A DNA stretch of 58,897 nucleotides from an uncultured Planctomycetia bacterium (lineage in GTDB: Bacteria > Omnitrophota > Gorgyraeia > 2-02-FULL-51-18 > CAYJSE01). Every line of letters begins with the position of its first letter. Positions within the stretch are counted from its first letter, which is position 1. Location of the stretch: assembly GCA_964372765.1 (NCBI GenBank), contig CAYJSE010000004.1:1-58897 (forward strand). The letters run 5' to 3'. Under the pieces are notes generated by a model. That model was given only the letters and a program-made list of their open reading frames with translations, did not search any database and was not told where the DNA came from. Shown in pieces: positions 1 to 9,437 of this stretch. A program made the position numbers and the translations under genes.

Positions 1-1
1 G

Positions 2-703
2 GCTCCGCGACGAAGCGATCTAAGCTTTCAGCAGAGATTGCTTCGGCCCTTTCCGTCGGAGGCGGACCCGCCTTTGGCGGGCGGGCCTCGCAATGACGGT
101 GGGATTTTGGCAGTGGGTATCGCCAGCGTCGTGCCGGATGCGGGTATTTTTTTAAAAAATTTTCTAAAAAAGAATCTAAAGATCCCTGTTTATCTTTTAG
201 GCCGCGATATCCCGATTCCGATTAAAAATCTGTACAAAAATCCTCGCCAGGTTGGCGCTGACAGGTTGGTCAACGCGCTCGCGGCTTATGAAAAGTACCG
301 GCGCGCCGCGGTCGTCATTGATTTCGGCACCGCGATTACTTTTGACGTGGTTTCTAAAAAAGGGGAGTATTTGGGTGGCGCCATTGCCCCTGGGATCGAA
401 ATCTCAATTCAGGCGCTCGCGGATCGTACTGCGCTGTTACCCAAGATCAAATTGCGACACCCTCGAAGCGTGATGGGACGTAATACAGCCGAAAGCATTC
501 AATCGGGCTGCGCCTATGGAATCGGAGGCCTCTGCAACCGCATTGTGGATGAGATTCAAAAAAAATACCGGTCGAAATTCACGGTAATTGCCACCGGCGG
601 CTATGCCAAATTTATGTCGAAGTATTGCCGGAAATTTGACCGGATTGAATCTAATTTAACCCTGAAGGGAATTCGTATTGCGCTTCGAGACGTTTATTCA
701 TAA
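2..703 (+). CDS. coaX: Type III pantothenate kinase (CoaX); 5' end runs off the window and passes through a repeat element
   Basis: The frame is open from nt 2 (first listed start is TTG 38). From about nt 100 the translation matches the CoaX family: GIASVVP, GADRLVNALAAY, AVVIDFGTAITFDVV, GGAIAPGI, ATGGYA. The first ~30 codons are encoded by the palindromic repeat at 8-99. Confidence 0.8.
   Translation, partial: APRRSDLSFQQRLLRPFPSEADPPLAGGPRNDGGILAVGIASVVPDAGIFLKNFLKKNLKIPVYLLGRDIPIPIKNLYKNPRQVGADRLVNALAAYEKYRRAAVVIDFGTAITFDVVSKKGEYLGGAIAPGIEISIQALADRTALLPKIKLRHPRSVMGRNTAESIQSGCAYGIGGLCNRIVDEIQKKYRSKFTVIATGGYAKFMSKYCRKFDRIESNLTLKGIRIALRDVYS
8..99. repeat. Palindromic REP/MITE-like repeat, copy 1 (same family as 20980-21061 and 56312-56424)
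   Basis: Inverted arms cgacgaagcgatct / agattgcttcg. These are followed by gaggcggacccgcctttggcgggcg (25 nt identical to 56384-56408) and tcgcaatgac (identical to 56413-56422). There is a nested hairpin cccgcc-ttt-ggcggg. Confidence 0.8.
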
Positions 704-768
704 CTCATTTTATTTCAATTAGTTATAGATTTACAGTTCTAGGGACTATCCCCGCCTTAATTTTTTTC

Positions 769-796
769 TTGACACAAACCCTGAAGTTCGTATAAT
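769..796 (+). promoter_or_regulatory. Sigma70-type promoter of groES-groEL
   Basis: TTGACA at 769-774, a 16-nt spacer, TATAAT at 791-796. Confidence 0.75.
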
Positions 797-822
797 TGGC
801 ACTCTAGTAATTTGAGTGCTAG
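796..822 (+). promoter_or_regulatory. CIRCE operator (HrcA binding site)
   Basis: TTGGCACTC-N9-GAGTGCTAG compared with consensus TTAGCACTC-N9-GAGTGCTAA, one mismatch per arm. It abuts the -10 box upstream of groES. Confidence 0.9.
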
Positions 823-913
823 ACCCACCACCTGTTCAACCCGCGGTGTGGGCCAAATGGATGGTGGGTTAGTTTGGTTTGACGCCAAATTTAATCAAGG
901 AGGAGACATAAAT

Positions 914-1213
914 ATGTCAGAAAAATCAAAAGTTCAGCCGCTGGGCGATCGTGTGCTGGTCGAGCCGCTCGAGGCCGAGGAGAAGACTTCCGGGGGCATT
1001 TTGATTCCGGACACAGCGAAGGAAAAGCAGCAAAAGGGCAAGATCATCGCGGTCGGCAAGGGCCGTATCGCCGAAGACGGCAAGATCACGCCTTTGGAAG
1101 TGAAGATCAATGACCAGGTTCTTTTCGGTCGTTACTCGGGCACTGAGGTGAAGATTGGCGCTACCGAGTATCTGATCGTCAAAGAAGACGACATCCTGGC
1201 GATTTTGAGATAA
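914..1213 (+). CDS. groES: Co-chaperonin GroES (Cpn10)
   Basis: 99-aa ORF from ATG 914 with AAGGAGGA at 897-904. [12 protein letters not shown]...[12 protein letters not shown]...GKIIAVG is Cpn10-like. The part of the tracked ORF upstream of 914 covers the CIRCE/leader. Confidence 0.95.
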   Translation: MSEKSKVQPLGDRVLVEPLEAEEKTSGGILIPDTAKEKQQKGKIIAVGKGRIAEDGKITPLEVKINDQVLFGRYSGTEVKIGATEYLIVKEDDILAILR

Positions 1214-2869
<1,656 letters not shown>

Positions 2870-2873
2870 AAAA

Positions 2874-2908
2874 GACAGTTTACAGTAGACAGTCTACAGT
2901 AGACAGTA
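2874..2908 (+). repeat. Five tandem heptamers (G/T)ACAGTN between the groEL stop and its terminator
   Basis: gacagtt tacagta gacagtc tacagta gacagta, read directly from the sequence. Confidence 0.7.
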
Positions 2909-2926
2909 ATCAGATAGCTATAAAAA

Positions 2927-2982
2927 GGGGCCCCCGCCGCTTTGCTTCGCAAAGCGAAGTAGCGGGGGCCCACTGTTTTTAT
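2927..2982 (+). terminator. Rho-independent terminator of groESL
   Basis: GC-rich stem gggcccccgc (2928-2937) / gcgggggccc (2962-2971) with an inner palindrome gctttgc-ttc-gcaaagc, followed by a TTTTTATT tract. Confidence 0.85.
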
Positions 2983-3040
2983 TGGTACAACCCTCCCAAA
3001 TCTGATAAAATTCTTCTTCTATTTCCAGAGGAGTTTATCC

Positions 3041-3535
3041 ATGAAAAAATCCGTTTTAACGGCGTCGTTATTTTCTCTTTTTATATCTTTTTTATGCTAC
3101 GCGGCGGTTAAAAATTATGACGGTGAGGGCGAGGTGCTGAGTGTCGATCCGGCCTTGCGCCGCGTAACGCTGAAGCACGGGGTAATCCAGGGTTATTCCG
3201 GAGAGGGCGAGACGGAATTTACGGCCAATGACGACAAGATGCTTCAGGGCGTCTCCAAAAGAGATTTTGTTCACTTTACGCTGAGAGACGAAAACGGCAA
3301 TCTTGAGCTCGACCAAATCGTGACCTTGGGCGAGGTGGAGCCGGAATCCAGTGGCATCCAAGTGGGCCGGGCGGTGCGGGATGTGGTGACGGCGACGGGT
3401 GAAGCGGCCAAGTTTGTGACATCGCCGATAGAACCCGTGCACGGCGCCGTGGAGTCCGCGATGGGAGCTACCCAGGAAGTGACGGCCGCGACGATCGACG
3501 ACGCGACATTACCCGACACAACGAGAAAATTTTAA
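3041..3535 (+). CDS. Secreted hypothetical protein, possible CusF-like OB/beta-barrel domain
   Basis: The N-terminal signal-like segment is MKKSVLTASLFSLFISFLCYAA, and GGAG lies upstream. GEVLSVDPALRRVTLKHG...FVHFTL resembles the CusF/YdeI-type topology but lacks obvious metal ligands. Confidence 0.4.
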   Translation: MKKSVLTASLFSLFISFLCYAAVKNYDGEGEVLSVDPALRRVTLKHGVIQGYSGEGETEFTANDDKMLQGVSKRDFVHFTLRDENGNLELDQIVTLGEVEPESSGIQVGRAVRDVVTATGEAAKFVTSPIEPVHGAVESAMGATQEVTAATIDDATLPDTTRKF

Positions 3536-3547
3536 GGGAGGTTCAAA

Positions 3548-4708
3548 ATGGGATTTTGGGTAGGCAGAACCAGAAAAGCAAGGCGTTGCTACGGTTTTGA
3601 CGAAATCGCTCTCGTTCCCGGGAGTATCACGATCAACCCCAATGAAGTGGACACGTCCTGGGAGATCGGCGGTAAAAGGTTTCGCGCGCCGATCATCGCC
3701 TCCGCGATGGACGGGGTCGTGGATGTCAATTTCGCGGTTCACATGTCGAAGCTGGGCGGCATCGCGTGCCTGAACCTGGAAGGCGTGCAGACCCGCTATG
3801 AAAAGCCGGAAGTGGTTTTGAAAAAAATCGCCCACTCAGGCGCCGAAACGGTTACGAAGCTTTTGCAGGATGCCTACAAAGAGCCGATCAAAGAGCATCT
3901 GGTTGCCAAGCGTGTCGGGCAGATCAAAAAGCAGGGCGGCACCGCGTGCGTTTCCAGCATCCCCCAGCGCGCCGAGAAATTTGGCAAGATCGCTCAAGAC
4001 GCCGGCTGTGATATTTTTATCGTGCAGTCCACGGTGTCGACGGTGCGGCATATCTCCAGCGAATACAAAACTTTGGATTTCTTTAAATTTTGCAAAGCGA
4101 TGAAAATCCCCGTGATTATCGGCAATTGCGTCACGTACCAGACGACGCTCGAGCTTCTGGAAACGGGCGCCGACGCGCTTTTGATTGGCGTGGGCCCCGG
4201 CGCCGCGTGCACGACGCGCGGCGTATTGGGTCTCGGCGTGCCGCAGGTCACCGCGATCTGCGACGCGGCCGCGGCGCGTGATTTTCACTACAAAAAAACT
4301 AGTAAGTACATTCCAATCATCGCTGACGGCGGCATGTCCACGGGCGGCGATGTCTGCAAGGCGTTCGCGTGCGGATCCGACGCCGTGATGGTGGGTTCCG
4401 CGTTCGCGCGCGCCAAAGAAGCGCCCGGAGGCGGTCACCACTGGGGCATGGCGACGCCGCACGCTAATCTACCGCGCGGTACCCGGATCCGAGTGGGCAC
4501 TACCGGCAGTTTAGAAGAAATCCTGTACGGTCCGGCGCGCATGGATGACGGCTCCCAGAATCTCATGGGCGCTCTTTCCACCTGCATGGGCAATGTGGGC
4601 GCCAAAAATATCCGCGAGATGCAGCTGGTGGACCTGATCATCGCGCCCTCGATCAAGACCGAGGGCAAAATATTTCAGCAAGTTCAGCGCGTCGGAATGG
4701 GCAAGTAG
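3548..4708 (+). CDS. GuaB3-type IMP dehydrogenase-related protein (IMPDH/GMPR barrel, no CBS insert)
   Basis: 386 aa with YGFDEIALVPG...INPNEVDTSWEIGG...APIIASAMDGVV...GVGPGAACTTR...IADGGM.TGGDV.KA.A.GSDAVM. The length and N-terminus are typical of the GuaB3 subgroup. Confidence 0.75.
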   Translation: MGFWVGRTRKARRCYGFDEIALVPGSITINPNEVDTSWEIGGKRFRAPIIASAMDGVVDVNFAVHMSKLGGIACLNLEGVQTRYEKPEVVLKKIAHSGAETVTKLLQDAYKEPIKEHLVAKRVGQIKKQGGTACVSSIPQRAEKFGKIAQDAGCDIFIVQSTVSTVRHISSEYKTLDFFKFCKAMKIPVIIGNCVTYQTTLELLETGADALLIGVGPGAACTTRGVLGLGVPQVTAICDAAAARDFHYKKTSKYIPIIADGGMSTGGDVCKAFACGSDAVMVGSAFARAKEAPGGGHHWGMATPHANLPRGTRIRVGTTGSLEEILYGPARMDDGSQNLMGALSTCMGNVGAKNIREMQLVDLIIAPSIKTEGKIFQQVQRVGMGK

Positions 4709-6369
4709 TGACCAAGACTCTGTCCACTCTCGAGATCGCCGAGAAAGCCAAGCCGGTGCAGATCTACGAGATCGCGAAGTCCATTGGCATCCGCGTGGAT
4801 GAGCTGAAACTCTACGGCAACTTCATCGGGAAAGTTTCGCTCAAAGTGCTAGACCGGGTGGCGGAGCGCGCGCACGGCAAGCTCATCTGTGTAACCGGCA
4901 TGACGCCCACCAAAGAAGGCGATGGCAAGACCTGCACCAGCATCGCGCTTACCCAGGCGCTGGGGCGTCTCAAGAAAAAAGTCATTTTGTGTCTGCGCGA
5001 GCCGTCTTTATCGCCGATCTTTGGCTACAAAGGAGGCGCCGCGGGCGGCGGATTTTCACAGGTACTGCCGATGGACGACATCAATCTCCATTTCACCGGC
5101 GATATCCATGCCATCGAAATCGCTCACAATCTTTTGGCGTCCATCGTCGAAAATCATGTTCATCACGGCAACGCGCTCGGTGTCGATCCTGAAAATATTT
5201 TCTGGCGGCGCACGCTGGATATCTGCGACCGGCAGCTCCGTGACATCATCGTGGGTTTGTCGAAGGCGAGCCACTTCCCATCGCGCAAGACGGGTTTTGA
5301 CATTACGGCGGCCAGCGAAGTGATGGCGGCGTTGTCGCTATCCACCTCGATCCGGTCACTGAAATCCAAGCTCGCTAAAATCTCGGTGGCTCTTACGAAG
5401 GACGGCCGGCTGATCACCGCCGAAGACCTGAAAGCCGTGGGGGCGATGGCGCTGCTGATGAAAGACGCGGTGATGCCCAATCTCGTGCAGACGCTGGAGG
5501 GACAGCCGGTTTTCATTCACACAGGGCCCTTCGCGAATGTGTCGCACGGCAACAATAGTCTTTTGGCGACCACGATGGCGCTGAAGCTCGCCAACTTTGT
5601 GGTAACCGAGTCCGGTTTTGCGTCGGATCTGGGTCTTGAGAAGCTTTTTGATATCGTCTGTCGCGAAGGGCGTTTGAAGCCGAGCGTGGTCGTAATGGTG
5701 GTGTCGGTGAAAGCGATCAAGTCACACGCACCGGCTTCGGATTCCCAGGGACCCATGTCAGGTGGATTTGAAAATATAAAAAAGCATCTCGAAAATATCC
5801 GTCAATTCGGCGTGGCACCGGTGGTCGCGATCAATCGTTTTCCGGTTGATACCGATGCCGAGATCAAGCAGGTCACGAATTTTTTCGCCACGATCGGCGT
5901 GGACCACGCGGTGCACGAGGGTGTGCGCTTGGGCGGCGAGGGCGCCGTAGAGCTTGCCGAAAAAGTTTTGAAGGTGATCACCGAAAAACCCAGCGATTTC
6001 AAGCCACTTTACGATTTAAATTTACCCATTGAAGAAAAGATCGAGACCTTGGCCGTGCGGCTCTACGGCGCCGAGGGCGTGACGTACACGGACGAAGCGC
6101 GGCAAGATTTGGAGCGTATTCGTCGTTTCGGGCTGGACGCGCTGCCCATCTGCGTCGCGAAGACGCCGTATTCGCTGTCGGATGATCTCACGAAAAAGGG
6201 CGCTCCCACGGGCTGGAAATTGAGAGTGGGCGGCGTGCGTGCGTACACGGGCGCCGGATTCAATGTGGTGCTCTGCGGCAACATCATGCTGATGCCCGGA
6301 CTGCCGGAAAAACCAGTGCTTGAAAGGATGAATCTCCTAGACGATGGCCGTACCGAAGGGCTTTTCTAG
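4708..6369 (+). CDS. fhs: Formate--tetrahydrofolate ligase
   Basis: 553 aa, GTG start sharing 1 nt with the upstream stop. Motifs: ITPTKEGDGKTCTSIAL, GPFANVSHGNNS, VTESGFASDLG.EK, AKTPYSLSDD. Confidence 0.95.
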   Translation: MTKTLSTLEIAEKAKPVQIYEIAKSIGIRVDELKLYGNFIGKVSLKVLDRVAERAHGKLICVTGMTPTKEGDGKTCTSIALTQALGRLKKKVILCLREPSLSPIFGYKGGAAGGGFSQVLPMDDINLHFTGDIHAIEIAHNLLASIVENHVHHGNALGVDPENIFWRRTLDICDRQLRDIIVGLSKASHFPSRKTGFDITAASEVMAALSLSTSIRSLKSKLAKISVALTKDGRLITAEDLKAVGAMALLMKDAVMPNLVQTLEGQPVFIHTGPFANVSHGNNSLLATTMALKLANFVVTESGFASDLGLEKLFDIVCREGRLKPSVVVMVVSVKAIKSHAPASDSQGPMSGGFENIKKHLENIRQFGVAPVVAINRFPVDTDAEIKQVTNFFATIGVDHAVHEGVRLGGEGAVELAEKVLKVITEKPSDFKPLYDLNLPIEEKIETLAVRLYGAEGVTYTDEARQDLERIRRFGLDALPICVAKTPYSLSDDLTKKGAPTGWKLRVGGVRAYTGAGFNVVLCGNIMLMPGLPEKPVLERMNLLDDGRTEGLF

Positions 6370-6928
6370 AGAAACTCTGGAAAAATTTTTGAATCAGCTC
6401 GCGTCCGACGCCCCATCACCGGGCGGCGGCGCTGCGGCGGCGCTTACGGGCGCGCTCGGCGTGGGTTTGGCCGAAATGGTGGCACGCATCAATCTGAAGC
6501 GTAAAGAGGACACTGCCGCCAAGGCGAGGATCGCGGAGCTGATGCGTCTGCGGCAGAAACTTTTACATCTTATGGACGAGGACACCGAGATTTTTAAGAA
6601 ACTGTCTATTTTTTATAAAAAGAAAGAATTCGGCGACGCGTATCAAAAGACGCTCAAAGCCGCCGCGTCGATTCCGTTTGCGATGGCCGAGTGCACGGCG
6701 AAGGCCATCGAAGAGGCCCGCGGTGAAAAAGAACGCACGAGCCGCTGGCTTTTAAGCGATCTTTTGGAAAGCGGCTGTTTGATCGAAGCGGGATTTTTAT
6801 CGGCGCGCCTCAATGTCGAGGTCAACTTGAAGGATCTGAAGGACGAGGCATTTGCGCGCCGCATGAAAGAAGCGCTCGATGCGTGGCAGAAAAAAATAGC
6901 GGGGCTGAGACATGAAATCTCAAGCTAG
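6344..6928 (+). CDS. fchA: Cyclodeaminase/cyclohydrolase family protein (FTCD_C; methenyl-THF cyclohydrolase-like)
   Basis: LASDAPSPGGGAAAALTGALGVGLAEMV is the hallmark N-terminal motif of this family. The ORF overlaps fhs by 26 nt. Confidence 0.75.
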   Translation: MAVPKGFSRETLEKFLNQLASDAPSPGGGAAAALTGALGVGLAEMVARINLKRKEDTAAKARIAELMRLRQKLLHLMDEDTEIFKKLSIFYKKKEFGDAYQKTLKAAASIPFAMAECTAKAIEEARGEKERTSRWLLSDLLESGCLIEAGFLSARLNVEVNLKDLKDEAFARRMKEALDAWQKKIAGLRHEISS

Positions 6929-7751
6929 CGTGATTTTAGACGGCCGCGAAATAGCCAAGAAATGGCTCGACGCCCTTTTAAGTGAAATCGAATCGCTCGA
7001 CATCGCCGGGAAGCTGTGTTTGGCGAGCGTGCGCGTGGGTGAGTCGAAAGAGGCGGCGCTGTACTCCAAGGCCATCGAAACTCTTTTGAAAAAAATCGGC
7101 GTCGCGTACGAGGCGTGCGTATTTCCTGAAAAGATTTCCGAACGTGAACTGATCTACGAAATTGAAAAGTTAAACCACAACGCGCACTTGACCGGAATAC
7201 TTATTTTTTCGCCTCTGCCCGGCCATTTAAAGGAAGAAAAGATTCTGGACGCGGTATTCGCTTCCAAGGATGTGGAAGGCCGTCGGTTTCTGCCGGGCTT
7301 AACCGACCGCGCCGTGGCGCCAACCGCGCAGGCCGCCGTGGCTCTGGTCGAGGAAGCGGGTGTGCTCTTGGACGGAAAAGAAGCGGTGGTGATCGGTCGA
7401 AGTCTCGTGGTGGGAAAACCGGCCGCGCTTTTACTTTTAGAAAAAAACGCGACCGTGACGATCTGCCACTCGCGCACGAAGGACCTGAAATCCCATGTCC
7501 AGCGCGCGGACATCTTGATCGCGAGCGCCGGCAAACCGCATCTTGTGCGCGGCGAGTGGATCAAACCGGGGGCGATCGTCGTGGATGTCGGGGTGAACGT
7601 CGTGGATGGGAAGGTGATTGGCGACGTGGAGTACGAGGCCGCGAAGGAACGCGCCGGATTTATCACACCGGCCACCGGTGGCGTGGGACCCTTGACGAAC
7701 GTGATGCTTGTGAAGAATCTTTTGACGCTATGGAAATCATCGAGATCTTAA
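6912..7751 (+). CDS. folD: Bifunctional methylene-THF dehydrogenase / methenyl-THF cyclohydrolase
   Basis: 279 aa with ILDGREIA, PLPGHL, KDVEG, VVIGRS.VVGKP, ATVTICHSRT, PATGGVGPLT. Confidence 0.95.
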   Translation: MKSQASVILDGREIAKKWLDALLSEIESLDIAGKLCLASVRVGESKEAALYSKAIETLLKKIGVAYEACVFPEKISERELIYEIEKLNHNAHLTGILIFSPLPGHLKEEKILDAVFASKDVEGRRFLPGLTDRAVAPTAQAAVALVEEAGVLLDGKEAVVIGRSLVVGKPAALLLLEKNATVTICHSRTKDLKSHVQRADILIASAGKPHLVRGEWIKPGAIVVDVGVNVVDGKVIGDVEYEAAKERAGFITPATGGVGPLTNVMLVKNLLTLWKSSRS

Positions 7752-8602
7752 AATCTAAAAAATTCATCGTGACCGCCGAACTTGGGCCGCCGAAGGGCAC
7801 GAGCCTGGATTTATTTTTCAAGCACGCGGGGTACGTGAAGCCAATCGTCGATGCGGCCAACGTGACCGATCAACAGGCGGCAAATATGAAGCTCGGCTCC
7901 CTAGCCGCGTGCCACGTTTTGAAAGATTTTGGCGTCGAGCCGATCACGCAAGTCACCTGCCGCGACCGCAACCGCATAGCACTTCAGGCGGATCTCTTGT
8001 CGGCGGCGGTACTTGGCATCGAAAATATTTTGGTTTTGACCGGGGATCCTATCCACATCGGCGATCATCCGGACGCGAAGCCCGTTTTTGACGTCGACGC
8101 GGCGGACTTGATGGCGCTCATAAAAAAAATGGAGGGCGGCCTTGATCTCACCGACCATAAACTCGAAGGCGCGCCTCGGTTTTGTATCGGAGCGGCCCTG
8201 AACCCTTGCGTCGAGGATATCGAGACGGAGATTTCCAAAACGCGCCGCAAGATCGAAAAAGGCGCTGAGTTTTTCCAGACTCAAGGGGTCTTTGATCTCG
8301 GGCGATTCACGCGCTTCATGGAGCGTTATCGCAAGGAAGGGTTTACGGTGCCGGTGCTAGCCGGTATTATTCTTTTGAAATCCGTCAAGATGGCCGCATT
8401 CATGAATGAAAAAATCCCCGGCATTTTTATCCCCAAGGATATGCTGGCGCGGCTCGAGGGCGCCAAAGACGCCCGCGCCGAATGCGTGGCGATCGCTTCG
8501 GAAACCATAAAGGCCTTGAAACCCTATGCGCAAGGGATACACCTCATGGCGATCGGCTGGGAAGAGCTTCTCCCCGATATCGCTTCCCGCTCGCTTCGTT
8601 AG
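7730..8602 (+). CDS. metF: Methylenetetrahydrofolate reductase
   Basis: Start placed at ATG 7730 (MEIIEILKSKKFIVTAELGPPKG). Motifs: VTDQQAA, TCRDRNRIALQADLL, ENILVLTGD, FFQTQ. The tracked upstream extension (7556-7729) is an Arg/Gly-rich alternate frame of folD. Confidence 0.9.
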   Translation: MEIIEILKSKKFIVTAELGPPKGTSLDLFFKHAGYVKPIVDAANVTDQQAANMKLGSLAACHVLKDFGVEPITQVTCRDRNRIALQADLLSAAVLGIENILVLTGDPIHIGDHPDAKPVFDVDAADLMALIKKMEGGLDLTDHKLEGAPRFCIGAALNPCVEDIETEISKTRRKIEKGAEFFQTQGVFDLGRFTRFMERYRKEGFTVPVLAGIILLKSVKMAAFMNEKIPGIFIPKDMLARLEGAKDARAECVAIASETIKALKPYAQGIHLMAIGWEELLPDIASRSLR

Positions 8603-9437
8603 ACAAAAAGTTAGCGGTAAAAAACTCGCGATGTTGACCGCGTATGACGCGCTGACGGCTTCCATTTTAGAATCCTGCGGTGTCGACATGATTTTAGTGG
8701 GCGATTCGGTGGGGATGGTGCTCTTGGGGTACGGCGACACGCGCTCGGTGAGCGTCGAAGAGCTGCTGCATCACGCGAAGGCCGTGCGGCGCGGCGCGCG
8801 GCGGGCGTTTGTGGTGGCGGATCTGCCGTATGAGGCGATTTCGAAAGGGCCGCTCCGGGCGCTTGAGGCGGCGCGGCGGTTTATCCGGGAAGCGGGCGCG
8901 GACGCGGTGAAGCTCGAGTGGAATGCCGAAGCGCTGGCGATCACCGAAGTTCTCGTTAAAAATAATATTCCGGTGATGGGGCATGTCGGTTTGACGCCTC
9001 AAACCGTGACGCGACCGCAAGATTTTGGGGTGCGGGGCCGTGACGCGCGGTCCGCCAAAAAGATCCTCGAAGGGGCCGTCGGTTTTGAGCGGCGCGGGGC
9101 GTTTTCCGTGGTCTTGGAGTGCATTCCGTCGGAGCTGGCTTTAACGATTACCCGGACTTTAAAGATTCCCACGATCGGGATTGGCGCGGGCGCGGCGTGT
9201 GACGGGCAAGTGCTCGTGTTTCAGGATTTGGTCGGGCTTTTTACAAAGTTCAAACCAAAGTTTGTTAAAAGATATCTTAATCTAGAAAGGCCTGTAAAGA
9301 AAGCTGTGACGCAATATATTCGTGATGTTAAGAGTGGAAAATTTCCGGATTCGCGGCATTCGTTTCCAGGGACAGTCCCGGGACTGTCCCTCCACGGTCA
9401 GGGACAGTCCCGGGACTGTCCCTGGGAGCGATCATGA
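8526..9437 (+). CDS. panB: 3-methyl-2-oxobutanoate hydroxymethyltransferase (ketopantoate hydroxymethyltransferase)
   Basis: KLAMLTAYDA...MILVGDSVGMV.LGY.T...VVADLP...VKLE...GHVGLTPQ...ECIP...IPTIGIGAG..CDGQVLV. The family-like sequence ends at ...FPDSRHSF (nt 9365). The last 23 codons are encoded by the twin palindromes. The start is uncertain; ATG 8526 overlaps metF by 77 nt. Confidence 0.9.
   Translation: MRKGYTSWRSAGKSFSPISLPARFVRQKVSGKKLAMLTAYDALTASILESCGVDMILVGDSVGMVLLGYGDTRSVSVEELLHHAKAVRRGARRAFVVADLPYEAISKGPLRALEAARRFIREAGADAVKLEWNAEALAITEVLVKNNIPVMGHVGLTPQTVTRPQDFGVRGRDARSAKKILEGAVGFERRGAFSVVLECIPSELALTITRTLKIPTIGIGAGAACDGQVLVFQDLVGLFTKFKPKFVKRYLNLERPVKKAVTQYIRDVKSGKFPDSRHSFPGTVPGLSLHGQGQSRDCPWERS
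9368..9423. repeat. Two identical perfect 24-bp palindromes AGGGACAGTCCCGGGACTGTCCCT separated by 8 nt
   Basis: Copies at 9368-9391 and 9400-9423. Each is self-complementary. They lie inside the 3' tail of panB and end 10 nt before the next ATG (9434). Confidence 0.95.

Noticed and set aside
727-738. The 12-mer AGATTTACAGTT is shared between 727-738 (upstream of the groES promoter) and 58837-58848 (the pseudopilin promoter region). TACAGT also occurs in the groEL 3' heptamers.
   Set aside because: In about 59 kb searched on both strands, on the order of a hundred or more exact 12-mer coincidences are expected by chance. There is no extended similarity around the match.
2983-3547. Looked for ZTP (pfl) or THF riboswitches upstream of the folate/purine block, and for riboswitches before panB and the heme genes.
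   Set aside because: I found none of the conserved cores that I can recall (for example the GGGUCGUGACUGGCG...CCGCCUGGGCA core of ZTP). The genes are packed too tightly to leave leaders. A covariance-model scan would be needed for certainty.
7556-7729. Tracked N-terminal extension of metF (MDQTGGDRRGCRGERRG...).
   Set aside because: It is an Arg/Gly-rich translation of the alternate frame of folD. MetF-like sequence begins at ATG 7730.
9368-9423. Could the repeated 24-mers be a mini CRISPR array?
   Set aside because: There are only two copies with an 8-nt spacer, the repeats are perfect palindromes inside a CDS, and there are no cas genes.
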